DNA of 64,000 nt from Botryllus schlosseri (Eukaryota), in contig CM119378.1 of NCBI GenBank assembly GCA_051294905.1, positions 248,001 through 312,000 of the forward strand. Reading direction: 5' to 3'. Below, in pieces: positions 13,885 through 24,663 of the stretch (within the stretch, counting starts at the first letter, position 1; each line of letters starts with the position of its first letter). The notes beneath the pieces were generated by a model. That model saw only the letters and a program-made list of their open reading frames with translations, did no database searches and was not told the origin of the DNA. The position numbers were made by a program, and so were the translations under genes.

Positions 13885-16800
13885 TCACTCTTCATCATCA
13901 TCATCATCGTCGTCATCTTCTTGCCCCCCTCCTCCTCCGAAGTCAGTCGCGTAGTCTCCAAGGCGCACTGGCCTTCGTCGGGTTCGCGTACTTCTTCTAA
14001 GACCGGACTGGACCTCTTCTCCAACTTGTTCTCGAGTCACACCACTTTCTTGTGCGATCTCTTCGCTGCGCCGCGCTCTATCAGCCTCATCTTCACGATC
14101 CTCTGGCGATCGATTGGCAGTTATCCACGTCAACGGTACTCTGGGTGAATCACGGAATACCGAACTTGGCTGATGACTAACTCTTCTCACATCACCGACG
14201 TGTCTCGGGATGCCATCAACCTCCACTTTATGATCTGAAAGTATGTTAGTAATCTTACCAATGTTCCACTTCGTCGTGCATCGGCTGTTCGCCGGCTTCA
14301 CCCAGACAATGTCCTCAACGGACAAGTCGCGCACCTTGGGCTCGGTTCGGCTTACGGTTGTCTCTTCTGACGATTCCAGGAAGGGGTTACGCCATGTACG
14401 TGAGAATATCTTTTCAGCCGGTACCAAGTTCGTGCTACTCTGCGGAGACAAATTATACCAAAAAACACACTCTTGTATACTCACTCCCGTTCTCGCATTC
14501 ATGGTCTTGATCGTTCTGTGGTGTCGCTCAATGATCGCATTTCCCGACGGTCGATATGCACATCTAAATTCCAAATCGACTCGCCAAACATTGCACAATT
14601 GTCTCAGACGATGCGATCGAAATGATTTCGCATTGTCACACAGCAATTGTCGAGGCGGCCCGTATCCCGAGAAAATGTCTTCCAAAGCCTTCGTAATCAC
14701 CATATCCGATTCGTCTTTGATCTCTCTCCACACGGCGTACCTGCTGGGACCGCAATCGATGATTGTTAAATACTTTTTACCGTTCGCGAGGTGCGTAACA
14801 TCAGTCGCTAATCTTTCCCAGTCTTCGGTCACGCTCAATTCGCCACCAACCCAACGTCGCGGTTGGGGATCGATCGACTTGCAAACATCACATTGTTCAA
14901 CTACCGACTGTACGGTGTCTTTTGTGATATGGGGACACACCTGCTTGCAGAAATGAAGCGTCGTATCAACACCCCGGTGATTCATGTTGTGAATTCTCTT
15001 CACCGCGTCGGTGGACATATCGACTGAATGCGTGACCGCCGCAACGCAAGTCTTTTTGAGCCACTCCTTTGAAACTCGCGTCAACGCATCGGCTTTGTTC
15101 TTGTGCGACGGAACCAACTCCACAGACCATTTTATTCCGTACGCATCCACAGTCTCGTCAAGCAAAGTGAGTCTTCTCTTCACCAGCATCTCAGACAGTC
15201 CAGAAACTCTGATCTTCCTGTCCTTCTTAAGCAGAGAAGATAACCAGGCGTGGACGGTAGCCGAATCGGTATACACAGTGAACTCTCTCGCCTCCCACTT
15301 CACCGCCATGTTTACGCCTTTCGCCACCGCATTCAATTCAGCCAAATTTATATGTGACCCATCGTCTTCCTTTCTTAGCCATGCCCCATCCTCCACCGCC
15401 TTTCCATCTTTCTCCAACAGAGCGCCAAGACCTATCTTACTTGCGTCGCACCACAAACTCCATTTACCAAATGAAGGCACTGACCAGACACCTGCGACTG
15501 GGTCCTCTTTCGTCACTTTTCTTACGACCTCCGACAATCTGTCCACCGCTACGACACCCGCCGCAGAATCCCATGTCGCGCCGACACACGAACGTTTGAC
15601 GAAACTGGTAGCTACTCGCAACCAACCGGCAATTGGATAATGACCGACCAATTTGCCGCATATCGAAAATACTTCTCTCTTTGACATGGAATCGGAAATT
15701 GGAAAATCCAGCGCATTAGATCGCTTCCAACGTAACAGGTCGCCAACTTCATGCAATTTCAAACCCAAAACACTCGCGTCTTGTATTCTTTCTGGCGGCT
15801 TGCATCGAAGACCATACTTTGACAAGAGACTCACGACTGCCTCAACGCTAATTAGGTCGAGATTTACGATGATGTCGTCGTAATAATGATCTGTAGCGGC
15901 CGATACACGCTCGTCGGAAGACAGCACTTTCGAAACGATCGATTTCATTATTTCAGGAGCGCAATTGAGTCCGAATCCCAGTCTCTTCAGCTCGTACGTC
16001 CCACCTTCGAATTCGATCCTTTGATATCGACTACAATTAGACGACACGCCCACCTGCATGTATGCGTCGCGAAGGTCCACTAGTGCGCAGTTTGCCGGCA
16101 TCTGCCTCCATTTCCTCAATTTCTCTTGGCAAACGTCCGCGTCTGCCCCACTGCATTCGACAAACTCGTTGAGTTCTCGGAAATCCAAAACTGGTCGAAC
16201 CTTGTTTTTTCTTTCTTGAACGACCGCCATTAGAGGAATCACGCCAGCGGTTTTTGATCGAGTCTCCACCAACCAGCCGTTGTCAATCCATCGTTCTACT
16301 TCTGACCGGAACTTCTCAAAAACCGCCCCGTCTGCGATTCTGTACACTCCGACTCGATTCTTCAGCACTGGCGTGCTCTTCCACTCCCACTCGACAATCC
16401 ACATATTTCCGTTGAAACTGACAGCATAGTTTCTTTTCTGAACGGACAGTTCGCTAGCAACGGCACTTTCAACGGGTCTTCTCGGTAATAGACTCTTCTC
16501 GCCCGCTACAAATTCGCACGACGCAGTCGCACATATACTCGGACGTCCATGATCCAGTACGAATTTGAAATGCTTCAGAACGTCTGTGCCCACGACGAAA
16601 TCAAGACCAGGAATCAGCGATTTTACCACTACACACCGAACGTCGAGAAGTTTTCCATCTATTTCGATCGGAATTATTGCTTCACCTTCAATTTTCATTC
16701 TCGCACCATCAGCCGACAACACCACCTTGTAGGATCTGAAAATTCTCCGACCTTTCACTAAACTCAGGTTTACCAAGGATTGAGTACACCCGGTATCAAA

Positions 16801-16911
16801 AAGTGCCATAATACTTCGACCGCACGCTATAATGGACATCCTAGAAATCAATGCGCCATTCCATCTGATGGGGACGTTGCTGGCGCACACAGCTCCCCAC
16901 CCTCGTTTCCC
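13885..16911 (-). CDS. pol: Pol polyprotein (protease, RT, RNase H, integrase), probably reached by -1 frameshift from gag
   Basis: 1001-aa open frame: ALFDTGC (PR); LVDLRDAY, FGL, YYDDII (RT); WCDAS, HINLAEL, YTDS, NKADAL (RH); HxxxH...CxxC, ATD, CDNA, ERHHRTIK (IN). Confidence 0.95.
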   Translation of the reverse strand, partial: GKRGWGAVCASNVPIRWNGALISRMSIIACGRSIMALFDTGCTQSLVNLSLVKGRRIFRSYKVVLSADGARMKIEGEAIIPIEIDGKLLDVRCVVVKSLIPGLDFVVGTDVLKHFKFVLDHGRPSICATASCEFVAGEKSLLPRRPVESAVASELSVQKRNYAVSFNGNMWIVEWEWKSTPVLKNRVGVYRIADGAVFEKFRSEVERWIDNGWLVETRSKTAGVIPLMAVVQERKNKVRPVLDFRELNEFVECSGADADVCQEKLRKWRQMPANCALVDLRDAYMQVGVSSNCSRYQRIEFEGGTYELKRLGFGLNCAPEIMKSIVSKVLSSDERVSAATDHYYDDIIVNLDLISVEAVVSLLSKYGLRCKPPERIQDASVLGLKLHEVGDLLRWKRSNALDFPISDSMSKREVFSICGKLVGHYPIAGWLRVATSFVKRSCVGATWDSAAGVVAVDRLSEVVRKVTKEDPVAGVWSVPSFGKWSLWCDASKIGLGALLEKDGKAVEDGAWLRKEDDGSHINLAELNAVAKGVNMAVKWEAREFTVYTDSATVHAWLSSLLKKDRKIRVSGLSEMLVKRRLTLLDETVDAYGIKWSVELVPSHKNKADALTRVSKEWLKKTCVAAVTHSVDMSTDAVKRIHNMNHRGVDTTLHFCKQVCPHITKDTVQSVVEQCDVCKSIDPQPRRWVGGELSVTEDWERLATDVTHLANGKKYLTIIDCGPSRYAVWREIKDESDMVITKALEDIFSGYGPPRQLLCDNAKSFRSHRLRQLCNVWRVDLEFRCAYRPSGNAIIERHHRTIKTMNARTGVSIQECVFWYNLSPQSSTNLVPAEKIFSRTWRNPFLESSEETTVSRTEPKVRDLSVEDIVWVKPANSRCTTKWNIGKITNILSDHKVEVDGIPRHVGDVRRVSHQPSSVFRDSPRVPLTWITANRSPEDREDEADRARRSEEIAQESGVTREQVGEEVQSGLRRSTRTRRRPVRLGDYATDFGGGGGQEDDDDDDDDEE

Positions 16912-17579
16912 TGTCGTCGGTCAACCTTTTGGCAGTATCGAGCAATGTGGCCGCTTTCTTTGCAACGAAAACACACAATCGATTTGCAGAATATTCTTAA
17001 ATGAGGTCCACCACACAGAAAACACCGCACTCTTCTTTCTTTACCATAAGAATTGGCAACGGCGCTCATCTCGGCACCATCCAATCCATGATCGGTAACG
17101 AGGGCACGTGCTATCGATACCAACTCCGTCAATTTTAACTGCTCCACCTTTGGTGTCGCCCTTATCTGAGCAGACACACGTTTTGGCAACCCCACGACAA
17201 AAGATAATTTCAACAGCTGTTCGTCTTCGTTTTCCCCGATGCCCGCCAACTTTGCCAATCGTTTCAAGTCGGCAATGAAAACGTCGACCGACTCTCCTTC
17301 ATTCAACACCCTCATCTTGAATTCCTGATACGCCGAAAACTGATCGCAGGCGAAGGCACGCAACAGAGCCTCTTCGATACGATTTTCGTCCTTCTTCTCA
17401 GTCTCCGGTAACTGGTCGTACACGGCAAATGCATCACCGTCGAGAAACATCGGGATTACTACAGCCAAATCCTCAAGTTTTAGCAAAGCTTTTGCCAGTT
17501 TCGCCTGCTTTATCCATGTTGCGATATCACCCGCTCCATCATACCGCGTCAACACATCCGTCACCTTGAAACTGGCCAT
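16848..17579 (-). CDS. gag: Gag protein with C-terminal zinc knuckles
   Basis: First ATG after the 5' LTR at 17579 (MASFKV...); CFLCGGPHLRIFC and CFRCKESGHIARYC knuckles; overlaps pol in the -1 frame. Confidence 0.92.
   Translation of the reverse strand: MASFKVTDVLTRYDGAGDIATWIKQAKLAKALLKLEDLAVVIPMFLDGDAFAVYDQLPETEKKDENRIEEALLRAFACDQFSAYQEFKMRVLNEGESVDVFIADLKRLAKLAGIGENEDEQLLKLSFVVGLPKRVSAQIRATPKVEQLKLTELVSIARALVTDHGLDGAEMSAVANSYGKERRVRCFLCGGPHLRIFCKSIVCFRCKESGHIARYCQKVDRRQGNEGGELCAPATSPSDGMAH
16868..16911 (-). promoter_or_regulatory. Programmed -1 ribosomal frameshift signal
   Basis: In-frame slippery heptamer G GGA AAC (16911-16905) followed by a stem-loop GGTGGGGA-GCTG...CAGC-...-TCCCCATC; the -1 frame continues RGWGAVCASNVP into pol. 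Confidence 0.85.
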
Positions 17580-18944
17580 TCTTGATGATGGGCCGCGATA
17601 GCTTGTGAGAAGTATATTTAAAAGATGCAAAAATAGAAAGTGGCACAACTGCAACGCAACAACGACCTCTCTCTCCACGGGTCACACGAGCTCTGAGTCC
17701 CAATATTCACGACTATCAAACAACACGATTCCAACTAATTAACGAGCAATCAATCAGTCGCACGCGCTATAATCAGCGTCCGATGTAACAGTCAGTACAC
17801 GAAATCTACAAAGGCACACTACTTGACCATCTGAGTCATTTTATTGGCTCTAATTGGACTTTGCTTCGATTGTTTGCTTGTAAAATTGAAAATTTTCGAG
17901 TACTTTGATGGCGGAGAATCTATTACCTCTTCATCACTGGATGATTTTGTACAATGCATTGCTCTTTGCTACTATGTACCATTGTCTTTTGTTTTTACGG
18001 CGGCATATCTGATATCAGACGAGTGCAACGAAAGCAGTGGTGACAAATAGCGATGTCGACCGAATTCGTCACATGCGTTGATCTAACCATTGTGGTTCGC
18101 AAAATTCTTCACCTTCAAGTCATATAAAATGAGCCGAGTCAATGACTTGAGTCGAGTCATGCGTAATGACTCGAGTACAAGTCGAGTCAATCTAAATATT
18201 GACTCGAGTCGAGTCGAGTCATTTTCCCATTTCAAGAAAATGACTCGAGTCAAGTCGAGTCACAAAAAAATCGTGACTCGAGTCTGACTCGAGTCGAGTC
18301 ATGACTCGAGTCATTACAACCCTGCCAGTTGTATTGTTGACTTATTTTGTTGAATAAAATGGAACGGTTATAAACTGAAGTCGCAACGTATATAGTCCAT
18401 AAAGCAAAGGTTCTCGAATATTTTTTTGCCCGACCCAAAAATAAATAGTATGGTAAGCACATAAACATTGGATTATAACATTCTAAGCAACGGGTTTATG
18501 CATGCTCAATTGCTCATTATTACACATTAACATAATTCTTAGGAAGAAGGAATGTCAACCTGCTATTTGAGAAACCCATGTATGGGACTGAGACAAAAAG
18601 CAAAATACTATGGTGTAAACCAAATTGATACAAATAGCATTACCATATCCAAAAATTGTAAAACACAAAAATGAGCTTGTGAGCCTTGGTCATTTTTGAT
18701 CATCGAGTTTGTACTTGAAAATCTTGAAGGTTGTAGCAAAGTTTGTTGTGCTACCAACATAATAGGTATCAGATAATCAGATACGTATAATAAGAGTCCA
18801 TGTAGTGAGCAACTGACAATAGTCCTGTTTTGTTGAAGTAATATGAGATATATAGTTGTCTTACAACTAAACCTGATTGCCAAGTCTTTCAGTTGGAAGT
18901 ACACAAATGACGCCATGCTTTCAATATCGGACAGTGCTTAGTGT

Positions 18945-19216
18945 TCATCATCATCATCATTGGTTTATTAGCAATTTTATCAGTTCAATACACCACAAAA
19001 AATGCGATACAATGAATAGACAGGAAGATGTCGAAGCGACTTGGATTTGTCAATGGAATCGGACACCCACCTTGGCCTAGGCGTAGTAAAGAGGAGGCAT
19101 GCACACTGAATGAAAGTAAAGAATACAGTATAGAAAAAGAAAGCGACAAGAAATAGGGCGGCATGTCATTGGAAGCGAGATCGATAGGTCAGTCGTGGTC
19201 CGGTAATCTTGAGGAT
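18945..19216 (-). mobile_element. Second, shorter 3' end of the CR1/L2-type LINE
   Basis: Near-identical to 7246-7510, with a (gat)n tail. Confidence 0.8.
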
Positions 19217-19503
19217 TCATAATTGGAATGATGGTTGCTTTACACTATCAACTATAGAGTATGCTTCTTTCAATAACGGATGAATCTCTGTAGATTCAGC
19301 TATCCCCTTTTCCGAATTGTTGAATTGTCAGAACAAGATTCCGTGACTGCTGACTTGTACGGTTTATTCTTTTGCAACAGCTTTTGACACTGACGTCTCT
19401 TCTGCAACCTCTTTCATTGAAAACAGAATAGATGAGGCTGCCTTGACTGAAGTTTCATCAGCTTCATTGTACTTCAAACGCATGATTTTTATATGTTGTA
19501 GGA

Positions 19504-20813
19504 CAAGGGTCGGCAACCTACGGCCCGCGGGCCGGATCCGGCCCGCCAAGCGAAAAGGTCCGGCCCGCGACATAATAAAATAGAATAACAAGAATACGGC
19601 CCGCCGCTTCATAATGAGTTTCAATCTGCAGTGCAGCGCTGCATGAAAAAAATGCGGCATTGCTACGATATAATAGTAGCCTACATCGTATTAGTCTATT
19701 GTTACGCCATAAAACGAAGGTGGTTGAAGTAGGGGATGGAGATAAGACTAGACTGGATCAGTGCTTATATCAATGGGGATGTATCTCGCAACCGAAGGTG
19801 TTCCATGCTTTTTTAAAGGGTTAATCACTCTAACGGGGTGTGACAATAAAGGTGTTCTTCCTTTGCTTCAAAAAACGCTTGGAGCATCTTAGACGCAATG
19901 ACGGAATCTCAAACTATTAAATTATAGATAACTAGCCTCCGTATGTTAGTTAGCCTGTCTATAGTTTGATTTTCCAGAAGGCATTGTGTGCCAAGACAAA
20001 AAACCTGAATAGTGTTTAGGCCACAATGTTGAGAACTGTTAATGATTTTTGTCTCATTAACTGAATCAGTTACGCCAGATATTACTAGAAGCAGAGAATC
20101 AATATGGCGATGTCATGTAGGCCTATATCTGTCATGTTCGCTCATTGGAGGAGAGAAAACCTAGTACCAACACTACATTTGTAATTGTGATACGAAATTT
20201 AACTACTGAATATTCACCCGCTTTTCCGACATCCTTCTCTACAAAATGAATTCTGACTATTCAGTACTCTGTTTAATGTGGACGCCAATACCATTGCCTG
20301 AAAATTTCAAATGGGCCTTTCTGAAATGCGATGCAGTTGAGTTGAATGACAAATTTCATACAAAGAGCATATCGCTGCATGACTTTGACAAAGTGTACGT
20401 TCTTGAAATTGGTCTTTATCCCAGCTTGACCAGCAATGCAAAAGAAATTGCATCGATTTTTGGAAGCACGTACGCATGTGAACAATAGTTTTGAACAATG
20501 AAATTCACGAACAGCAAGCTAAGATCACGTATTTCGGACGTCCATTTTGAATAGGGTCTGATTCTTGTTGCATCTGACTTCTTACCAGAAGTTGAAAACC
20601 TTTCACAAAGCAAGCTGCGTCAATTGTCACAATTATTCTGTGTCGTTGAAGTGTAAATACATGTGTCTTCGGATTGGTATGATTGAGATTGCAGCAATGT
20701 AGGATAATATAACGAAGTGAGCGTAAAATATAGTACTAAGAAAAAATCCGGCCCGCCAAAAGGTTGTTCACCCGAAATTTGGCCCGCGACTAGCAAAAGG
20801 TTGCCGACCCCTG
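19504..20813 (+). mobile_element. Non-autonomous hAT (Buster/Charlie-type) element with transposase C-terminal remnant
   Basis: TIR caagggtcggcaacc / ggttgccgacccctg; TSD ttgtagga; 20400-20630 reads LYPSL...IASIFGSTYACEQ*F*TMK...SKLRSRISD. Confidence 0.9.
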
Positions 20814-21886
20814 TTGTAGGACCTCACAGCAGCAAATGTACAATGTACATAGCATAATTTTCCACAACACACAACACTCATGGGGGTACTGATTTACTGC
20901 AGCGGAAGCAGGATAAATCATGCTGGTGCAATGATATTCTGCAGACTACTTTTCCAGGAGAGGACCAGGCATCCATACCTCTTCTTCATAAACGGAACCC
21001 ATCCTCCTGATAACTTTTTGTTTCTAATTGATGCATCTTCTGCGATCAAATGACCGTCATCCTTACACAATGAGGCATATAACACTTGCCATATCAACGA
21101 CTCTCGGAAAATTTACAGTAATGTACTGGTAAGCCACTAAGCTGCAACCTGCCAGGGTGCTAATGTCCACCACGAGGACTAGACGCCAAGAAATAGCCTC
21201 ATTTTCGTCGGCTAACAGTTATTTGATATCCATATGGATGATTTATATTGATATGGATACTTTCACCATCCTCGTTGTACGCCAAGAGACGAAACTCGGT
21301 CCATGTTTAGTCCATTCCCATAGTAAAGCATATAGCAACAAAACAGATTTGGGTCGAGTTACCTTTGTCGCCACCGCGTGTTCAAAATGAAGTGGAACAG
21401 CCCCATTCAACGCCCTTGAGTGCACAGTTGTAGCATTCCCCGATCAACGTTTGCGAAGAGATAGATTTTTTAAATAATATTGGTGCTTGTACTTTCATAT
21501 TCTGCATATTATCATATCTCACCGTACGTGATCATGCAGATTCGCCTGATTGGAAGTGATGACTTCGAAAATTCACGGCATGTAATTGCACAGTAAATCT
21601 TACGCAATGCTTATACCACGCGTTCGTTCGTTTCCCTCAGATTAACTTCGAGTTAGCCCATTGTTATTTATAACTTTGTCAAGCCACGTTATTTCGCCAT
21701 TCCCAGAAAAGATTGCACTAATGAAATGACATCAGTATCGCTCACGCGTACGGGACCATACTAAAAGAAAAATCTCTTTCGTTAGGCGCACGTGATTGCA
21801 AATTCTCAAGGAGCGTAATATCTACCTTTGCGGGCAGCACTTGTACCTCGGTTTCACACTTCAGCGATAGCAATATTTGGCCCTGA

Positions 21887-22054
21887 CAATGTTCCCTATA
21901 ATTTTTCACAAGTCTGCGCGCCTGCGCGGTCCCTTGGACAACAGTGCGCAACGACTAAAAAAAAGTCATGACTTCGGATTTTTTGTGCGCAGCCTAGATT
22001 TTCTGTGCGCACCACTGCGCATTTGCACACGTGCGCAGCTTAGAGGGAACGTTG
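21887..22054. mobile_element. Short hAT-type MITE (family of 45907-46100)
   Basis: TIR caatgttccct / agggaacgttg with tgcgc repeats; no clear TSD. Confidence 0.7.
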
Positions 22055-22384
22055 CTTCCTGCCCTTTGCATTGGAACAAAATGAATGGAAAGATCTGTTC
22101 TCCCCATTTCGTCGCCATTGGTGGCACTGCATTTACAAACACAGCAGTATTTCGGCATTATATTTTAGTATATGTTACTAAATGTTTTATTTCCTTTCCT
22201 AATAATTCTGTTATTGATGAACAAATAAACATTTAACTTTAATCTTGCCGTTTTTATACAGTCTACATGGCTATAGGAATATAATGTAGTGTCAACAAGG
22301 CTTAGACAAATGCAGCGCGCGTCCTCTGTTGTTTCGCCGTATCCATGGCCATTGTCCCTCGACCAATCAGCGTAAAGTTTAGTT

Positions 22385-22796
22385 TACGGCCGTATACTAC
22401 GATTCCATATTGCAGACGAGAGTGGAAAAGAGAGAAGTAGATGGTTCGTAGTACAGATCTGGAAACCAAAGATTGGAGACGGGTCATTATTCCCACACAC
22501 CGAGCTAGTTTTGATATTGTGCATTCAATATGCTGCTTCCAAGACAATTTGGAATCGATGGTGACGCCGAGATATTTTGCTGAGTCACATATGGAGATTT
22601 GTTTATGATTGATGTTCACAGTGAAACAATGATTGGCATTATTTAAAACGAGCATCTCGGTCTTGTCTGCATTCAAACTTAGTTTGTTTGCTTGCAGCCA
22701 TCTCGACACTTTTGGGAGTTCCCTATTTACAGATGCATGCAAATCATCGACAGTGCTGGAGGTTATAAAGAGGTGAGTATCATCAGCAAATATCAT
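22385..22796 (-). pseudogene. CR1/L2-type LINE reverse transcriptase fragment
   Basis: FADDT...WLQANKLSLNADKT...KYLGVTIDSKLSWKQHI...IYFSLFHSRLQYG; truncated at both ends. Confidence 0.9.
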
Positions 22797-22928
22797 TAAT
22801 AGAAATGAGGAAAAAAGTCGACTTTTGGATTTCCAGAAATCCTACAATAGCTGCCGTAAAATAAGTCTGAGTAAAGCTTCAGCGAAGCTGCAAGAATGGT
22901 AGAGGTCATTATAGATAACTAACCTACG

Positions 22929-23613
22929 TGTGGCATCCCGAGGTTTCTAGAATGTTCGATATTTACCGTTTAGAAATGACGTTGCGCGTGGTATAGCTGA
23001 GAGCGTGGCTGGACCTGGATGTGAGTGAGTAGGCCTATGTCTCTGTGTTTGGTAGCGTGAAGTATGAGTAGTCGGGAACAGCAGCAGAAAGTAGTTGTAG
23101 TATTAGACAGTTAGGGTGTGAGGTAGCAGATAGTTGGTATTGTATTTGTAGGCTTGAGGTGGATGTATCCTGTCGGAATCTATGTTCAGATAGATTGACT
23201 GGGGCATGGCAAGATCACGGACGATGCTGTGTTAGCATCTAGGGAGTGATATTGTCCCGTAGTTAGTCCCTCGCCTATAGAAGGAAACACTGCTAGCTGT
23301 CGGAATACGGTTTGTGTGAACTTGTGTGCTGTGTAGGCCTGTGTCTCGTCTTGTTAGGTCGCATATTCCGTTATCAGTTTGCGTGTATCGCTGTGTATAT
23401 TGCGTAATATGAGTCCAGTGTGAAACGCTGTTTTGAGTGCTGCGTCGTGGAATATAATCTTATGACCGTAGGGACTGGTGTACTGTGTTAGGCGTCTCGT
23501 GTAACGAGCGCGCAGCAGGCGGCGATCGCAGAGAGACGAGGTCCGGAGCCCAGGAACACAGGAACACCCCGACTTCCCTGCTAGGTACGTGACGCCGTAG
23601 CAGGGTCGCTACA
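22929..23613. mobile_element. Solo LTR (685 bp)
   Basis: Termini tgtggc...gctaca flanked by 5-bp TSD ctacg (22924-28, 23614-18); no ORF. Confidence 0.8.
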
Positions 23614-24663
23614 CTACGGATAGATAGTCAGCACAAGTATAGCTAACCAAAGTATTATAGGTTTAGCTGACTGATTGCTTAACCTGGAATCCCGTATCAT
23701 GGTGACATGTTGTTAAGGCGCACACTCATAGGTGTGGATAATTCAAAAATACAGAGTATTAAAGTCATTAATGCATCGGTCACGATTAGTTTTACTTTTC
23801 AACTAACTTGTTGTCTGTCGTTATATTCATTAGACTCGCTTTAATGCGGCTAATTTGTCCCTATCATTATAACGTCGGGGATCGCGTACCTGCAACGAAG
23901 GTGTTTGTTCAATTATAGCGCCTAGAATCGGGCGCCTGAGGCTAGTCCGTTGGCTATTTATATTATGTTGAAAACATGAGTTACTCAACAACATTTCAAC
24001 TCATAGGTGTGGATAATGTAAAAAATATAGTATTAAAGTCATTAATGCATCGGTCGCAATTCTGCTCGAATACAGGTAGAAATAGAGATTTCAAAGTAAG
24101 TAAGTGGTTATGTTCGTAGACCAGGGGTCACCAACCTTTTTGCAACCAAGGGCAACTTTTGGGTACTGATTGAAGCGACGGGCTACCATTTACTCCCGTC
24201 GTTTACCCATGTCAGACTCAATTTCCGCTTTGATATTCATAGCATTGGGCAGGTAGGCTATCGCATAGCGATAAGACTTCTAAGAGATTCTTTTAAATTA
24301 AAACATCTCATTTCAACCAGCTAGCCACTAAGACTTTTTAAGAAATGACGAATTACTTCGCACCGTGTTTTTATAAATTATATAGCAACTGTAAGATCAG
24401 ATTTTAAAATAAATCACGTCACACGTTAGACTGGACATCGTGTTATCTGTTTCTAAACCAGTCGGTGGTAGGCCTGCATTGCATGCTATCAACCATAGTG
24501 CGCTGTACTCTGGTATGTAACTTACACTGCAACTCTGAGTGAGTGTTCCATATGTGCATTAGTGAGGCGTGTTCTGTGTTTGTTATTTGATGAATGTCGT
24601 GTCCGCAAAGGCTGATTCACAACGATAAGTTGAACTAAACACGCTTGCAACCTTCATGAGGAA

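Larger units (their letters stand above)
13653..17818 (-). mobile_element. Full-length Ty3/gypsy-type LTR retrotransposon (4166 bp)
   Basis: 215-bp TG...CA LTRs at 13653-13867 and 17604-17818, apparently identical; 5-bp TSD ctact (13648-52, 17819-23); purine tract cacgggggaa before the 3' LTR; domain order PR-RT-RH-IN. Confidence 0.97.
8880..18324. mobile_element. 9.4 kb hAT element (same family as 2402-2960) carrying nested ISL2EU-like and LTR elements
   Basis: TIR cagggttgtaa (8880) / ttacaaccctg (18324); perfect 8-bp TSD ccagttgt at 8872-8879 and 18325-18332; contains a decayed hAT C-terminal dimerisation region. Confidence 0.9.

Noticed and set aside
13921..17098. Plus-strand ORFs of up to 237 aa within the LTR element
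   Set aside because: Antisense shadows of gag-pol with no recognisable motifs.
17580..17678. N-terminal extension of gag in the ORF track (MEREVV...)
   Set aside because: It begins at a non-ATG codon inside the LTR; the ATG at 17579 is the plausible start.
20820..21700. Cys-rich minus-strand remnant suggesting an old transposase
   Set aside because: Too degraded to assign a frame or family.
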